From Octopus sinensis (taxonomy: Eukaryota): 64,000 nucleotides of DNA. Each line of letters opens with the position of its first letter. Position 1 is the first letter of the stretch. Below, in pieces: positions 49,501-61,130 of this stretch. Under the pieces are notes generated by a model. The model had not been told where the DNA came from and searched no databases. It worked only from the letters and a program-made list of their open reading frames with translations. The DNA lies in assembly GCF_006345805.1 (NCBI RefSeq), contig NC_043010.1, positions 2,294,001 through 2,358,000 on the forward strand, given 5' to 3'. Position numbers and translations under genes: made by a program.

Positions 49501-51541
49501 CCCATGGAAACAGGTGATTATTAACAACAGGAAGGGTACTCAGCCATAGAAAATCTTCTTCAAGAAATTCCGACTGACCGTTTCAAGCATGGAAAAATGG
49601 ATATTATATGTCACACCTACGTGGAAAAATTTCTATCAACAGAATTGTTGGTTTAATTTTGGTTTTAACTGATGTATTTTCAAATTAATTTTTATCAAAT
49701 TACTTTGACTTTATATATCATTTTTAAGCCCGTTTTTCACTCAAATCGTGTTACTCTTTTATTTGTTTGTTTCATTGAATGTCAAATTTCTATGCTAACG
49801 TGATTTAGTGCATCCATCCATAAAAATCCTGCTTTAATATCTATCTGTCACTGACCCTTACTGGTTTTTCAGGTAAGGGATTTTTTTTTACTCCTGAGGA
49901 ACTGAAAAGCAAAAATGACAGATGATTTTTTTGACCGGAAATGTTAACAAACTTCACTAATTGCAGCTCAGTCACAAACTATGATGCCAGAGTCAGCACC
50001 TGTACACATAGCTTAGCACAAATAATATGCCTTTTATATTTTGCTTGTTTCAGTCATTGGACTGTGACCAAGCTGGGTACATCAGCATTTGAAATTCAGT
50101 TTTCATGCTATCATCAGTGGGTGGACAGTTTGGCAGAATCTACTGAATTATAAGGCAACATCAAGTTTGATGGGCTTTTGCACCTCTTATTTCTTTACTG
50201 CTCACAAGGGACCACACACAAAGGGAACAAACAAGAACAGACAAACAGATTAAGTCGGTTTTATCGACCCCATTGTGTAACTGGTACTTATTTAATCAAC
50301 CCCAAAAGGATGAAAGCAAAGTCAACCTCAGCAGAATTTGAACTTAGAATGTAGCAGCAGACAAAATACCTATTTCTCTATTACCCACAAGGGGCTAAAC
50401 AAAGAGGGGACAAACAAGGACAGACAAATGGATTAAGTCAATTACATCGACCCCAGTGTGTAACTAGTACTTAATTTATTGACCCCGAAAGGATGAAAGG
50501 CAAAGTCGACCTCGGCGGAATTTGAACTCAGAACATAACGGTAGACGAAATAAGGCTTCGCATTTCTCCCGGCGTGCTAACATTTCTGCCAGCTCGCCAC
50601 CTTTCGCACACCTTCTGTCTACCAACTTCACTCAGCCAAAGCAAAAGACATTTGCCCAAGGTGCTGTGCATTGTGCTAGAACTTAAAACCACATGATTAC
50701 ATAGTGAGCTTCTTAGCCACACAGCCATATGAGTGTATCTATTTTCATTTCCCTTTCCTTATAACATTTCAAGATCCATAAAAAGCAATGGCTTGTCCAG
50801 CATATAACATGTTGAATAACATTGCTCTGTATACTTAACATTCAAATAATTTAACATCAGAAAATAAAATATTTTATTCTATTTTATTTTAAGTAGCAAT
50901 CTTTGGTGGCAACAAATATACACTCAAGCAATTAATTGATATAGGTTAATTGATATATTAAGTAAACATAGTAAAACAGAGGTATATAATGAGAGAGTGT
51001 GTTGGTGTGGGTGGACGAATTGATATAACAAATAAAGTGAGAGTGGTGGGGATGGTGAGGGTGGTGATGATGGTAACAGTGGTGGTTGTGATAGTTGTCA
51101 TCATGGTCTTGGTGGTAATGGTGGTGGTGGTGGTTATTGTGGTAGTAGAGGTGGTAATGGTTGAAGTCATTGTTGTCATAATGGTCGTAGTGGTAGTGGT
51201 GGTGGTCATCAGTGTGGTCATGGCGGTGGTAGTGGTAGTGGTGCTCGTTGTTTTCATTGTGATAGTGGAGATGGCGTTAATGGTGATGATAATCATTGTC
51301 AGCATCATAGTTGTTATGGAGATGGAAGTGGTGTTGGTGGTGCTTATGGTCATGGTGGTGGTGGTGGTGGAGGTGGTGATACTGATGATGCTGACGAATG
51401 ATGATGATGATGATGCACAACACAATGATTTTTTTAAATCAATGACACCAGAAGCTGTGTCTTCACTGTGTTTTAAAAGCTCTGCATCTTCGCATGTGTG
51501 TATATGTGCATTTATCTCTGCATGCACACACACATGCACAA

Positions 51542-51577
<36 letters not shown>

Positions 51578-51838
51578 CTGTGCACATGCGCATGCCACAA
51601 GGTAATTGTACAGCAGAAGTGGATCAGAAATATATTAAGTTCAAATTGACATTGTTATATGAAGCTATGGAAGGGAAGATTTCAGTCAGCTATAGTCAAG
51701 GGGAGAAGGAAAAAATTGAGTAAATAAAACCTTCTAAATTCTAATTTTTGTTGTTGCTTCTTCCCATTGTGTTGAGAGCAAGAGTAAACGTTGAAATACA
51801 TTAGGTATCAACTCTTTATCTTTCTATTCCCTTAACAG

Positions 51839-51996
51839 TGCTCAGCACATGCTAAGTGAGGAAACTTGATATTTTTGTATTCCCCTTGGGAGGAGCTTGT
51901 TAGTTGATCCCTCTAGATTTGTATCCTTATCATTCTTGGTGTCTTTGATTAACGCTTACACTCAATACACCACAGTGAATAATAAAAAGCTATGAG
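51839..51996 (+). other. Candidate spliced exon (mostly non-coding; ATG in last 5 nt)
   Basis: Strong acceptor CTCTTTATCTTTCTATTCCCTTAACAG and donor GAG|GTATGT in non-repeat sequence; stops in all three frames; ATG at 51992-94. Confidence 0.35.
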
Positions 51997-52339
51997 GTAT
52001 GTTTTTTTTTTTCCTTTTATTCTCCCTCAGGATTGTTCACAGACAAACCTATTAGGTTTCTGTTCATATTTTTATATTCATTATATTTAACAACAAGGAA
52101 CATCTGATAAGGAAGAAATCAGAAACCATTACTATTGTTGCTGTTATTGTTAGGAGCAGGCATAGTTGTGTGGTTGAGAAGGTGGCTTTCCAACAATGTG
52201 GTCTTGAGTTCGGTATAACTGTGTAGCACCTTGTGCTAGTGTCTTCTGCAGTAGCCCCAGATCAACGAAAGCTTTGTGAGTGTATTTGGTAGATGGAAGC
52301 AGAAAGAAACCTGTCTGGTATGTATATGAATATACAAAA

Positions 52340-52548
52340 TGTGACCGCGTGTGTACTGCTGACAATTTTTTTCTCCGTCTTCCCTTCCTTGGATCTTTCC
52401 TTTTCCTATGTTTCTGACGAAGAGCTCCACTCGAAACGTTAAATCCTCCTTCTTTCTTTCTTTTCCTGAGCATCTAATAACACTATACCTGTTCAACCTC
52501 CACACGCTGTTGTGTTTTCTCTTTGTGTTTTCATGTTTGGATTAACTA
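52340..52548 (+). mobile_element. Penelope-LTR-like non-coding repeat carrying a hammerhead motif
   Basis: Second copy in opposite orientation at 62806-63015; both abut (TA)n. PLE affinity inferred from the ribozyme motif only. Confidence 0.55.
52410..52444 (+). ncRNA. Minimal type I hammerhead-ribozyme-like motif
   Basis: GTTT-CTGACGA-A-GAG-CTCCA-CTC-GAAA-C-GTT-AAAT; palindromic ACGT stem III, GUU triplet. Confidence 0.6.
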
Positions 52549-52598
52549 TATATATATATATATTATATATATATTATATATATATATATATATATATC

Positions 52599-52631
<33 letters not shown>

Positions 52632-52764
52632 CATATACATATATATATACATATACATATATATATACATATACATATATATATATACATATACATATAT
52701 TATACATATACATATATATATATACATATACATATATATACATATACATATATATATACATATA

Positions 52765-52811
<47 letters not shown>

Positions 52812-52859
52812 ACTTGTGTATATGTGTGTGTGTGTGCTTGTGGAGTGGGGTGCAGTGGA

Positions 52860-54330
52860 ATAGTAGACTGATAAAGAAAGTAGTGTTTGTATGTGAAAGA
52901 TTTTCAGAAGCCATAAAAACTACAGATACACAGGAAACTGATTTCTTCAAATGTCCTGGAGGCTCTCTAGAAGTAGTAGATAATTTCTGTTACCTAGGTG
53001 ACCTAATTAGCAGTAGAGTGTACCAGAAGTGTAACTGCTAGAATAAGAAGAATAAAACGGAGAAAATTCAGAGAACCTCTGTTGGCAACAAAAAGTCTCT
53101 TTCTCCAAGTGAAAGGAAGATTGTATGATGCGTGTATACAAACAGCAATGCTAAATGGTAGTGAAATGTGATCCTTGAAAGCAGAGAACACCTGAAGACT
53201 AGAGGGGGGGGCTCATATGCTCCACTGGATGTACAATGTCAGAGTACATGTTTGACAGAGCAGAAGTATGTTATGAAAAAGTTAAGCATAAGGGGAGTTA
53301 GATGCAGGATGCAAGAGAAAAGACTGCACTGGTTTGGTCATGTGATGTGCATGGATGAGGACAATTACATAAGAAAGTGTCAATCCACTTAAAGTGGATG
53401 GAACTTGTGGAAGAAGGTGACCCCCCCCCCCCAGGAAGACATGAGACAAAGTACTAAAGGCTGATCTCAAAATGCTGAGTTTTACAAAGATGACAAAGGG
53501 CTGAGATATCCAATGCCTTGTTGTACTCAAGAAGACCCACCCACCACAGGAGAATTGATATCCTAAGGCCACCTTGGTAATGATTGACCATGAGGGGCTC
53601 TCCCCCACCCACACTTCATACCCAAACACCCATCACTTCCCTTATCACCTGAAAGCAGAATAGAAACATACAACATTCTCTGGCTTTCTCAGTTACTTTT
53701 CCTCTGCCCCAGTTACCTTTCTTCTCTCACCTGTTTCCACCAATCACCCCCTCCTTCCTCTGCCTTCTCTTCTCTCCCTTTGCTGCTCTCTGTCATCAAT
53801 ACCTTGCTTACCTATTATCACCCTCAAGTCTCTCACATATCTAACTCAACCTCCACCTCCAAGCCTCTATTATACTTCTCTCCATTACTTGCTAAAGTCA
53901 CAGCAACTAACCCACTCACCCATTCTCACCACCCCTGATGTTCCTCCAAACACATCTTGGACATTATCTCTTTCACTATCACTCATTTTATCTTACACTC
54001 TAACTCACTCGCCATTGTTTTCCAAATGCAGTATTCTTGTATCTATTCTACAGCAAGACACCTATATCTGTCCTTTCTTTACCTTAAATGTCTCAACTGG
54101 TACAAAGCCGCACTCCCTGAATACTACTCCTCTTATCCCAGTTGAGGGGCTTTTGTCATTCAAGGTACTTGATGACCTTGTTGGTGCTGGTACCATGTAA
54201 AAAGCACCCTGTATTCTTTGTAATGTGATTGGCATAGATATCATGCCAAAGCAGACAATGGAAACCAGTGTGGCTCATGGCTTTACCAGCTCCTTTCAAA
54301 TCGTCCAACCCAGATATTAAATTATGATGA
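52860..54330 (+). mobile_element. RTE-clade LINE 3' portion with CT-rich 3' UTR (decayed)
   Basis: [16 protein letters not shown] and RCRMQEKRLHWFGHVMCMDEDNYIRKC, followed by the family 3' UTR. Confidence 0.85.
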
Positions 54331-54414
54331 TTGTGTGTGTGTGTGTATTGACAATATTAAAAATAAGGATTATTCTGAAGTAGCAATAGCATTACCTTCA
54401 ATTCTATAACCATA

Positions 54415-54521
54415 TACCAACTTTTAAGACCAACACATGTTTCAATTGCACCGATTAATAATCATTGAAATTGCAACCCAACTATAAAACAGTGCAGTCT
54501 CTTCAGGGTCTTAACTTGGTA
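54415..54521 (-). ncRNA. Type I hammerhead ribozyme candidate with intact core and long stem I
   Basis: Minus strand: TACCAA-G-TTAAGACC-CTGAAGA-GACTGCAC-(40 nt)-GTGCAATT-GAAA-CATGT-GTT-GGTCTTAA-AAG-TTGGTA. Confidence 0.75.
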
Positions 54522-55544
54522 TACCCCGGTATGGCTGTTTAATGATTTTCTTCTTTAAAATCTACATTGTATAATTTAGAGCTGCCTGTTAAGTCAGATG
54601 CAAACGATCTCTATTTCAAGTTCTTACTGGATAATCATTTTCAGTCTGTCATTTCAAAACTTGTATAGTTTAAATGATAATTATTCATTTATACTTGGCA
54701 AATGTGAATTTCCTCATGTGCAAGGATCTCAATGCTTGTTCCTGTCTAGAATTTATTACATTACCCTTGGATGTGAAAATCCTGTAAATTTCTTCTAAAC
54801 AAAGGTCACATCTATTGGTTCCAGGTCTGTATGGTTTTACATATTAATTCCCATTTAATTGTATAGTGCTTGTTACTGTCCTTAAAAGACCAGATTAATT
54901 TGCAAAGAACCATTTGGAACCTTTTATTTTTGTCTTTAAATGAACTCAAATGATTTGTCAGACAGGCATAGGTTGGACAGTTTGACAGAAGCTAGCCAGG
55001 TAGAAAAGACTACCCCCATGCTATTGTGTCTGTTTTGGCAGGGTTTTTACAGCTGGATGCTCTTCCTAACACCAATCACTCCACACACACACAGACGCAC
55101 ATATACACAGACACACACACACACACACACATACATACATCATAAAATTTTCAGGATCTGATAAAATCTAGGTACTTAAATAACAAAGATAACAAAAGCA
55201 CCAAGATAGAGTCAGGGATGGCACACCTGTGCACTAACAGCATGTACAGACACACAAGCACTTACTGAAGTCAATACAGATGTGCCCTCCCAGTAATGCA
55301 TACATTCACAAGTATTGACCAAATACACAATGTGTATGAAAAGTCAGGGAAGCATCTAAGTGTGGTGAAGTATAAACAAGAACACAGATCAGTTGAGGTT
55401 CACCACATAAAAAAAATATCATTTTCTTCAGGTGAATTAAGAGTATAATTTAACATTAAGGAATTTTTACGCAAATAGTACATAATGCATATTGACACTC
55501 ACATCTTGTGCACTGCTAGCCTTTGTCTTTTGTTCTTTTGGAGT

Positions 55545-56420
55545 CATCATCATCATCATCATCGTTCAGCGTCCGTTTTCCATGCTAGCATGGGTTGGAC
55601 GGTTCTACTGGGGTCTGTGAAGCCAGAAGGCTTCATCAGGCCCAGTCAAATCTGGCAGTGTTTCTACGGCTGGATGCCCTTCCTAACGCCAACCACTCCG
55701 TGAGTGTAGTGGGTGCTTTTTACGTGCCACCCGCACTGGTGCCAGACAGAGCTGGCAAACGGCCACGAACGGATGGTGCTTTTTATGTGCCAGGCGAGGC
55801 TGGCAACGGACACGAAACGGAGCGGTGCTGGCAACGGTCGCGAAACGGAAAGTTCTCTTACATGCCACCGGCACTGGTAACACATCTGCAATTTCCATTG
55901 ATCGATTTCGATTCTGATCCTCACTTGCCTCAACGGGTCTTCACAAGTAGAGTTTCGACATGCCACCGGCACTGGTAACACATCCGCAATTTCCATTGAT
56001 CGATTTTGATTCTGATCCTCACTTGCCTCAACACATCTTCACAAGTAGAGTTTTGTGTCCCAAGAAGGGAAGGTATGCATACATAGGCTGGCTCTATCCC
56101 ATGTAGAAGGCCACGGGTTATGGACTCACTTGTCCTGCCGGGTCTTCTCGCGCACAGCACACTTCCAGAGGTCTCGGTCTCTAGTCATTTCCTCAGTGAG
56201 ACCTAAAGTTCGAAGGTCGTGCTTCACCACCTCGTCCCAGGTTTTCCTGGGTCTGCCTCTTCCACAGGTTCCCTCAACCGCTAGGGTGTGGCACTTTTTC
56301 ACACAACTATCTTCATCCATTCTCGCCACATGACCATACCAGCGCAAACGTCTCTCTTGCACACCACAACTGATGCTTCTTAGGTCCAGCTTTTCTCTCA
56401 AGGTACTTACACTCTGCCGA
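55545..56420 (-). mobile_element. Young 5'-truncated RTE LINE (intact ORF C-terminus, long 3' UTR, (GAT)n tail)
   Basis: RQSVSTLREKLDLRSISCGVQERRLRWYGHVARMDEDSCVKKC...GRGRPRKTWDEVV...DRDLWKCAV without interruption; CpG-rich UTR. Confidence 0.92.
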
Positions 56421-57009
56421 GTGTGAGTGTGAGTGTGAGAGTGAGTCAATAAAACAAATACCGGCTGAGAACTGGAGTCAATATAATTGACTTACCCCAA
56501 CCCTAAAATTGATGGCCTTGTGCCAAAATTTGAAGCCAATACTATAGGTGGTGAGCAGGAAGAATCATTAGCACACCAGGCAAAATGCTTCAAGGTGTTT
56601 CGTCCATTCTTACATTCTGAGTTCAAATTCTGCTGAGGTTGACTTCGCCTTTCATCCTTTCGGGGTCGATAAAATTAGTACCAGTTGTATACTGAGGTCG
56701 ATGTAATCGACTGTGCCCCTCCCCAGAAATTTCTGGCCTTGTGCCTACAATAGAAAGGATTATCAGTAATATCAATATTATTATTACTACTACTATTATT
56801 AGTAGACTTAGTAGCTAGGGTGTTAAGCTCACAACTGCAAGATTATAATCTCAATTCCTAGACCAGGTGGCGTATTGGGTTATTGAGCAAAACACTTCAT
56901 TTCAATATTGCTCTGCGATCACTTCAACACCAGGAATGTGGTACACAGTGCACCTATTCAGGTAAAATCAGTTTGATGGAGGGAGTGAGTTAATGTACAG
57001 CACATACAT

Positions 57010-57370
57010 TTGATCACTATTACCTGCGTCGCCTTACTAGCACTTGTGCTGGTGGCACATGAAAAAATATTTGAGCGAGGTCATTGCCAGTGCTGCTGGA
57101 CTGGCTCCTGTGCAGGTGGCACATAAAAAGCACCATTTGAGCGAGGTCATTGCCAGTACCGCCTGACTGGCCCTCGTGCCAGTGGCACTTAAAAGCACCC
57201 ACTACACTCTCAGAGTGGTTGGCGCTAGGAAGGGCATCCAGCTGTAGAAACTCTGCCAGATCAAGATTGGAGCCTGGTGCAGCCCTCTGGTTCGCCAGAC
57301 CTCAGTCAAATCGTCCAACCCATGCTAGCATGGAAAGCAGACGTTAAATGATGATGATGATGATGATGAT
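57010..57370 (+). mobile_element. RTE 3'-UTR-type repeat with (GAT)n tail
   Basis: Matches the 36150-36805 family. Confidence 0.85.
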
Positions 57371-58222
57371 GAAACAAATTATTTTGTGCAGGTCGTTCAG
57401 CTGGAGCTGAACACTCATACATCGTCTTCAATGAGAGAGTCCATCATCATCATCATCATCATCATTATTATTATTATTATTATGTCAGAATATATCACTA
57501 TTATTATTATTGTTGTTGTTGTTGTTGTTTGTCGTTGAAAATTGTTTTCCTGGTCGATCTTGTTAGTAACTGACTCACGCATCACATCAAGTTGGCATTA
57601 CATAAAAACTCTCCACTAATTCTACAGAACAAATTGCCAGTGGCTAATACAGTTAGTTCTCAGTAGTGGCTAAAGCAACCATTCAGCCAGTGATTAAGAC
57701 TTCCGTTCAATGAGACAGAGAGAGGAGTTCTGCTTCTTCCCCACCACCCTTTAAAAGGAAACTAAATAAAATAGAATGAATGGAACAGAATGAAAATGGC
57801 TAGGATTGATACAACAGACAACTCAGAAATGACAAACCAACAAAAATCTACCCTGCTCAATAAAATCCCTAAAAAAAAAAAAACTTTTGAAAAGGAACTA
57901 ATTCAAGATCGCAAGCTATTTTCAATAAAAGGATGAAGCAATTTGACAGCTATTGGAGGCCTTGCGTGTTGTCCACTCTATGATGGGAAAAAATAGAGAA
58001 AGACTGAAAAGGGGGAAATAAAGAAAGTGAAAGTATATCGAACGAAGGGGTTGATGCTGCTGCATGTGATGTAATGGCTTAAGATATTATTGACCGAGGT
58101 AAACTCCTTTTTTGAATAGTCCTGGTAACATGGACAAGAAAACTGATTGATTATACATACATACACACACACACATATATATATATATATATGTAAGCAG
58201 TATATATTAATGTATCTCTGTA

Positions 58223-58295
<73 letters not shown>

Positions 58296-58429
58296 TTATA
58301 TATATAAATAGATAGATATTTATAAACGGAAACAATATAAAAAAAACAAAATAAAAACAATCAGTCATTGATTGTTATTTAGATTTCACTCTCTATATAA
58401 ATAATAAAAAAGGAATAATAATAATAATA

Positions 58430-58663
58430 ATAATAATGATAATAATCCTTTCTACTATAGACACAAGGCCTGAAATTTTGGGGGAAGGGAGATAGTCGAT
58501 TACATTGACCCCAGTGTTTCCCTGTTACTTAATTTATCAACCCCGAAAGGACAAGAGGCAAAGCTGACCTCAACAGAATTTGAACTCAGAACATGCAAAC
58601 AGATGGAATACTGCGAAATATTTCGCCCAGTATGCTAACGATTCTGCTAGCTCGCTACCTTAG

Positions 58664-58711
<48 letters not shown>

Positions 58712-59285
58712 CCTTTCTACTATAGGCACAAGGCCTGACATTTGGGGTGAGGGGTAGAGTCGATTACAACAATCCCAGTGTACTTATTTCATTAGCCGCA
58801 AGAGGATTGAAAGCAAAGTCGACCTCAGTGGAATTTGAACCCAGTGCATAGGACCAGAAGAAATTCCACTAAGCATTCTGTTCAGTGTGCTTATGATTCT
58901 GCCAGCTCACTGCCAATAACAATAATGGTTTCAAATTTTGGTACAAGGCCAGTAATTTCAGGGAATGGGAAAATCAATTACCTTCAACCCAGTGTTCAAC
59001 TAACACATATTTTATTTACCCCAAAAGAATGAAATGCAAGGGCGACCTCAGTGAAATTTGAATCCAGAATGTAAAGACATTCAAATGCTGCTAAGAATTT
59101 TTCTCAAGCATGCTAGTGATTCTGCCAATGTGCTGCCTTAATAATAATAATAATCCTTTCTACTATAGGCACAAAGCCTGCAATTTGGGGGGAGGGGGAT
59201 AATCGATTACATCGACCCCAATACTCAACTGGTACTTATTTCATCGACCCCAAAAGGATGAAAGGCAAAGTCGACTGCCACAAAT
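58430..59285 (-). mobile_element. Four co-oriented family B SINE copies separated by (AAT)n
   Basis: Copies at ~58445-58660, ~58710-58915, ~58930-59140 and ~59155-59280. Confidence 0.75.
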
Positions 59286-59346
59286 TAATAATAATATAAT
59301 AATAATAATAATAATAATAATGATGATGATGATGATGATAATAATA

Positions 59347-60588
59347 AAGTGAAGGTCAGCGAGGCATATCTAAAAAGGGTGAAGATGGTGTTGAAATCCA
59401 ACCAGAATGCCAAAAATTTGATTACTGCAGTCAGGCATAGTGTGTCCATCCTCAAATGAGGATGTCATTTCCTCAAAGGGGGAAATGTCAATACTGGATA
59501 GAAAGATGAGAAAGTTGATGATGCTGCATGGGACGCTACCCCCTAAAGCAAACATAAACAGATTGTATATGAAAAGAAAGAATGGTGGCAGAGGACTAAT
59601 TAGTATAGACCATTGTATAAGGAGTGAAAGGAGAACGCTTGCTGAGTATTTTATAAATAGTGATGAAGACCTGCTGCAATATGCTGCAAAATATATGGGT
59701 GTAAATGCAGATGAAATGATGGGCAAGGAAGAGTTTAACCAAGGAGCTGAGGAGAAGTGAAAAGAAGACCTTCTTGAAATGAGAATGCATGGACAGTTTG
59801 AAAAGAATACACAGGACGTTAAGGATAATACAGCATTGTGGGCATGGCTTGAGTGTGGTGATTTGAAGCGTACTACAAAAAGCTTGATCAATGCTGCACA
59901 AGACCAGGCTCTTGCAACCAATTCAGTGAAGTAATAACATCTATAAAACTTCCGACACCCAGAAATGGAGAAAGAGTGTGGAAAATGTGATCCACTTGGT
60001 AAGTGGATGTGATAGCTTTGCACAAAAAGAATACAAGCACCGTCACGATAACGTGTTTGTGTATCTTCATTGGCTTTTATGCCATAAATACCAGTATGAA
60101 GTAACAGGGAATTGGTATGAGCATGTACCAAGTAAAGTTATGCAGGAGGATGGAAAAGTAATGATATTCTGGGACTATGATTTTCAGATGGATCGTGTAA
60201 TCGAACACCGTCGGCTGGATATTGTCATATTGAATAAGAGAGACAAATACTGTCGGATCATTGATGTAGCCATACCAAATGACATGAATGTTGTGAGTAA
60301 AGAAGTTGGAAATATCACCAAGTGGAAATGGCAAGACTGTATGAAATGCAAGAGGGTAATGTAAAAGTCATACCAGTGGTGATTGGAGCGTTGGGTTCAA
60401 TCTCATTGAAACTTCAAAACTTCTTAAGGTGACTGGAAATCCAATGCAAGATTGATGCCTTGCAAAAAGCAGCTTTATTAGGCACAGCGCACATCTTAAG
60501 GAAAGTATTACCTGTCTGCGGTCCTTGTTGTGACTTGACAGATGACTAAAGACTCCGGTGCGTTTTTACCCACACTGTGTTATGAAGG
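59347..60588 (+). mobile_element. Dong/R4-clade non-LTR retrotransposon, 5'-truncated pseudogene
   Basis: RLYMKRKNGGRGLISI, HGQF, AAQDQAL, ENVIHLVSGC...EYKHRHDNV, IFWDYDFQMDRVIEHRRLDIV...IIDVAIP (restriction-like endonuclease), VIPVVIGALG, LQKAALLGTAHILRKVL; (TAA)n on both flanks. Confidence 0.92.
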
Positions 60589-60619
60589 AATAATAATCAT
60601 AATAACAACAACAATAATT

Positions 60620-60830
60620 CTGATTTCATGTATTTGCCATAGGAGCATCAGATGAGGGAGATAATTCAAAGACGTTACAAATTCTGTTGGGATTTACATA
60701 TCAGGTGAGGAGATAAAGGTAGGAAAAAAGGGACCAGTTGGTGATACCCTTGTTTGAAGATCTCCTGTATCAGGGAGGACTGCATCATCCATGTACACAC
60801 ATATTTCATCAACTGCATATACTTTTCATA
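60620..60830 (+). mobile_element. Possible second, more decayed Dong/R4 fragment
   Basis: AAATTCTGTTGGGATTTACATATCAG resembles a frameshifted KILWDF.IQ; followed by (AAT)n. Confidence 0.3.
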
Positions 60831-60832
60831 TC

Positions 60833-60876
<44 letters not shown>

Positions 60877-61098
60877 GATTGTGCAAAAATTGTCAGGAAA
60901 TCTTTCACCAAAGTGTTGGAGCAGATGTGTTGTGCTTTAGAAATGAAGAAAACAAATAAAATAAGATAAAACTGAAATGATGGCAATTGTATTGACAAAT
61001 TGAGATTCCACCGGATAAAGAGAAGATGGCGTGAGTCATTGCTATATAATGCATCTCAGTAATCTCCTAATTCTATATTTCAGAAAAATTTTACAGAA

Positions 61099-61130
<32 letters not shown>

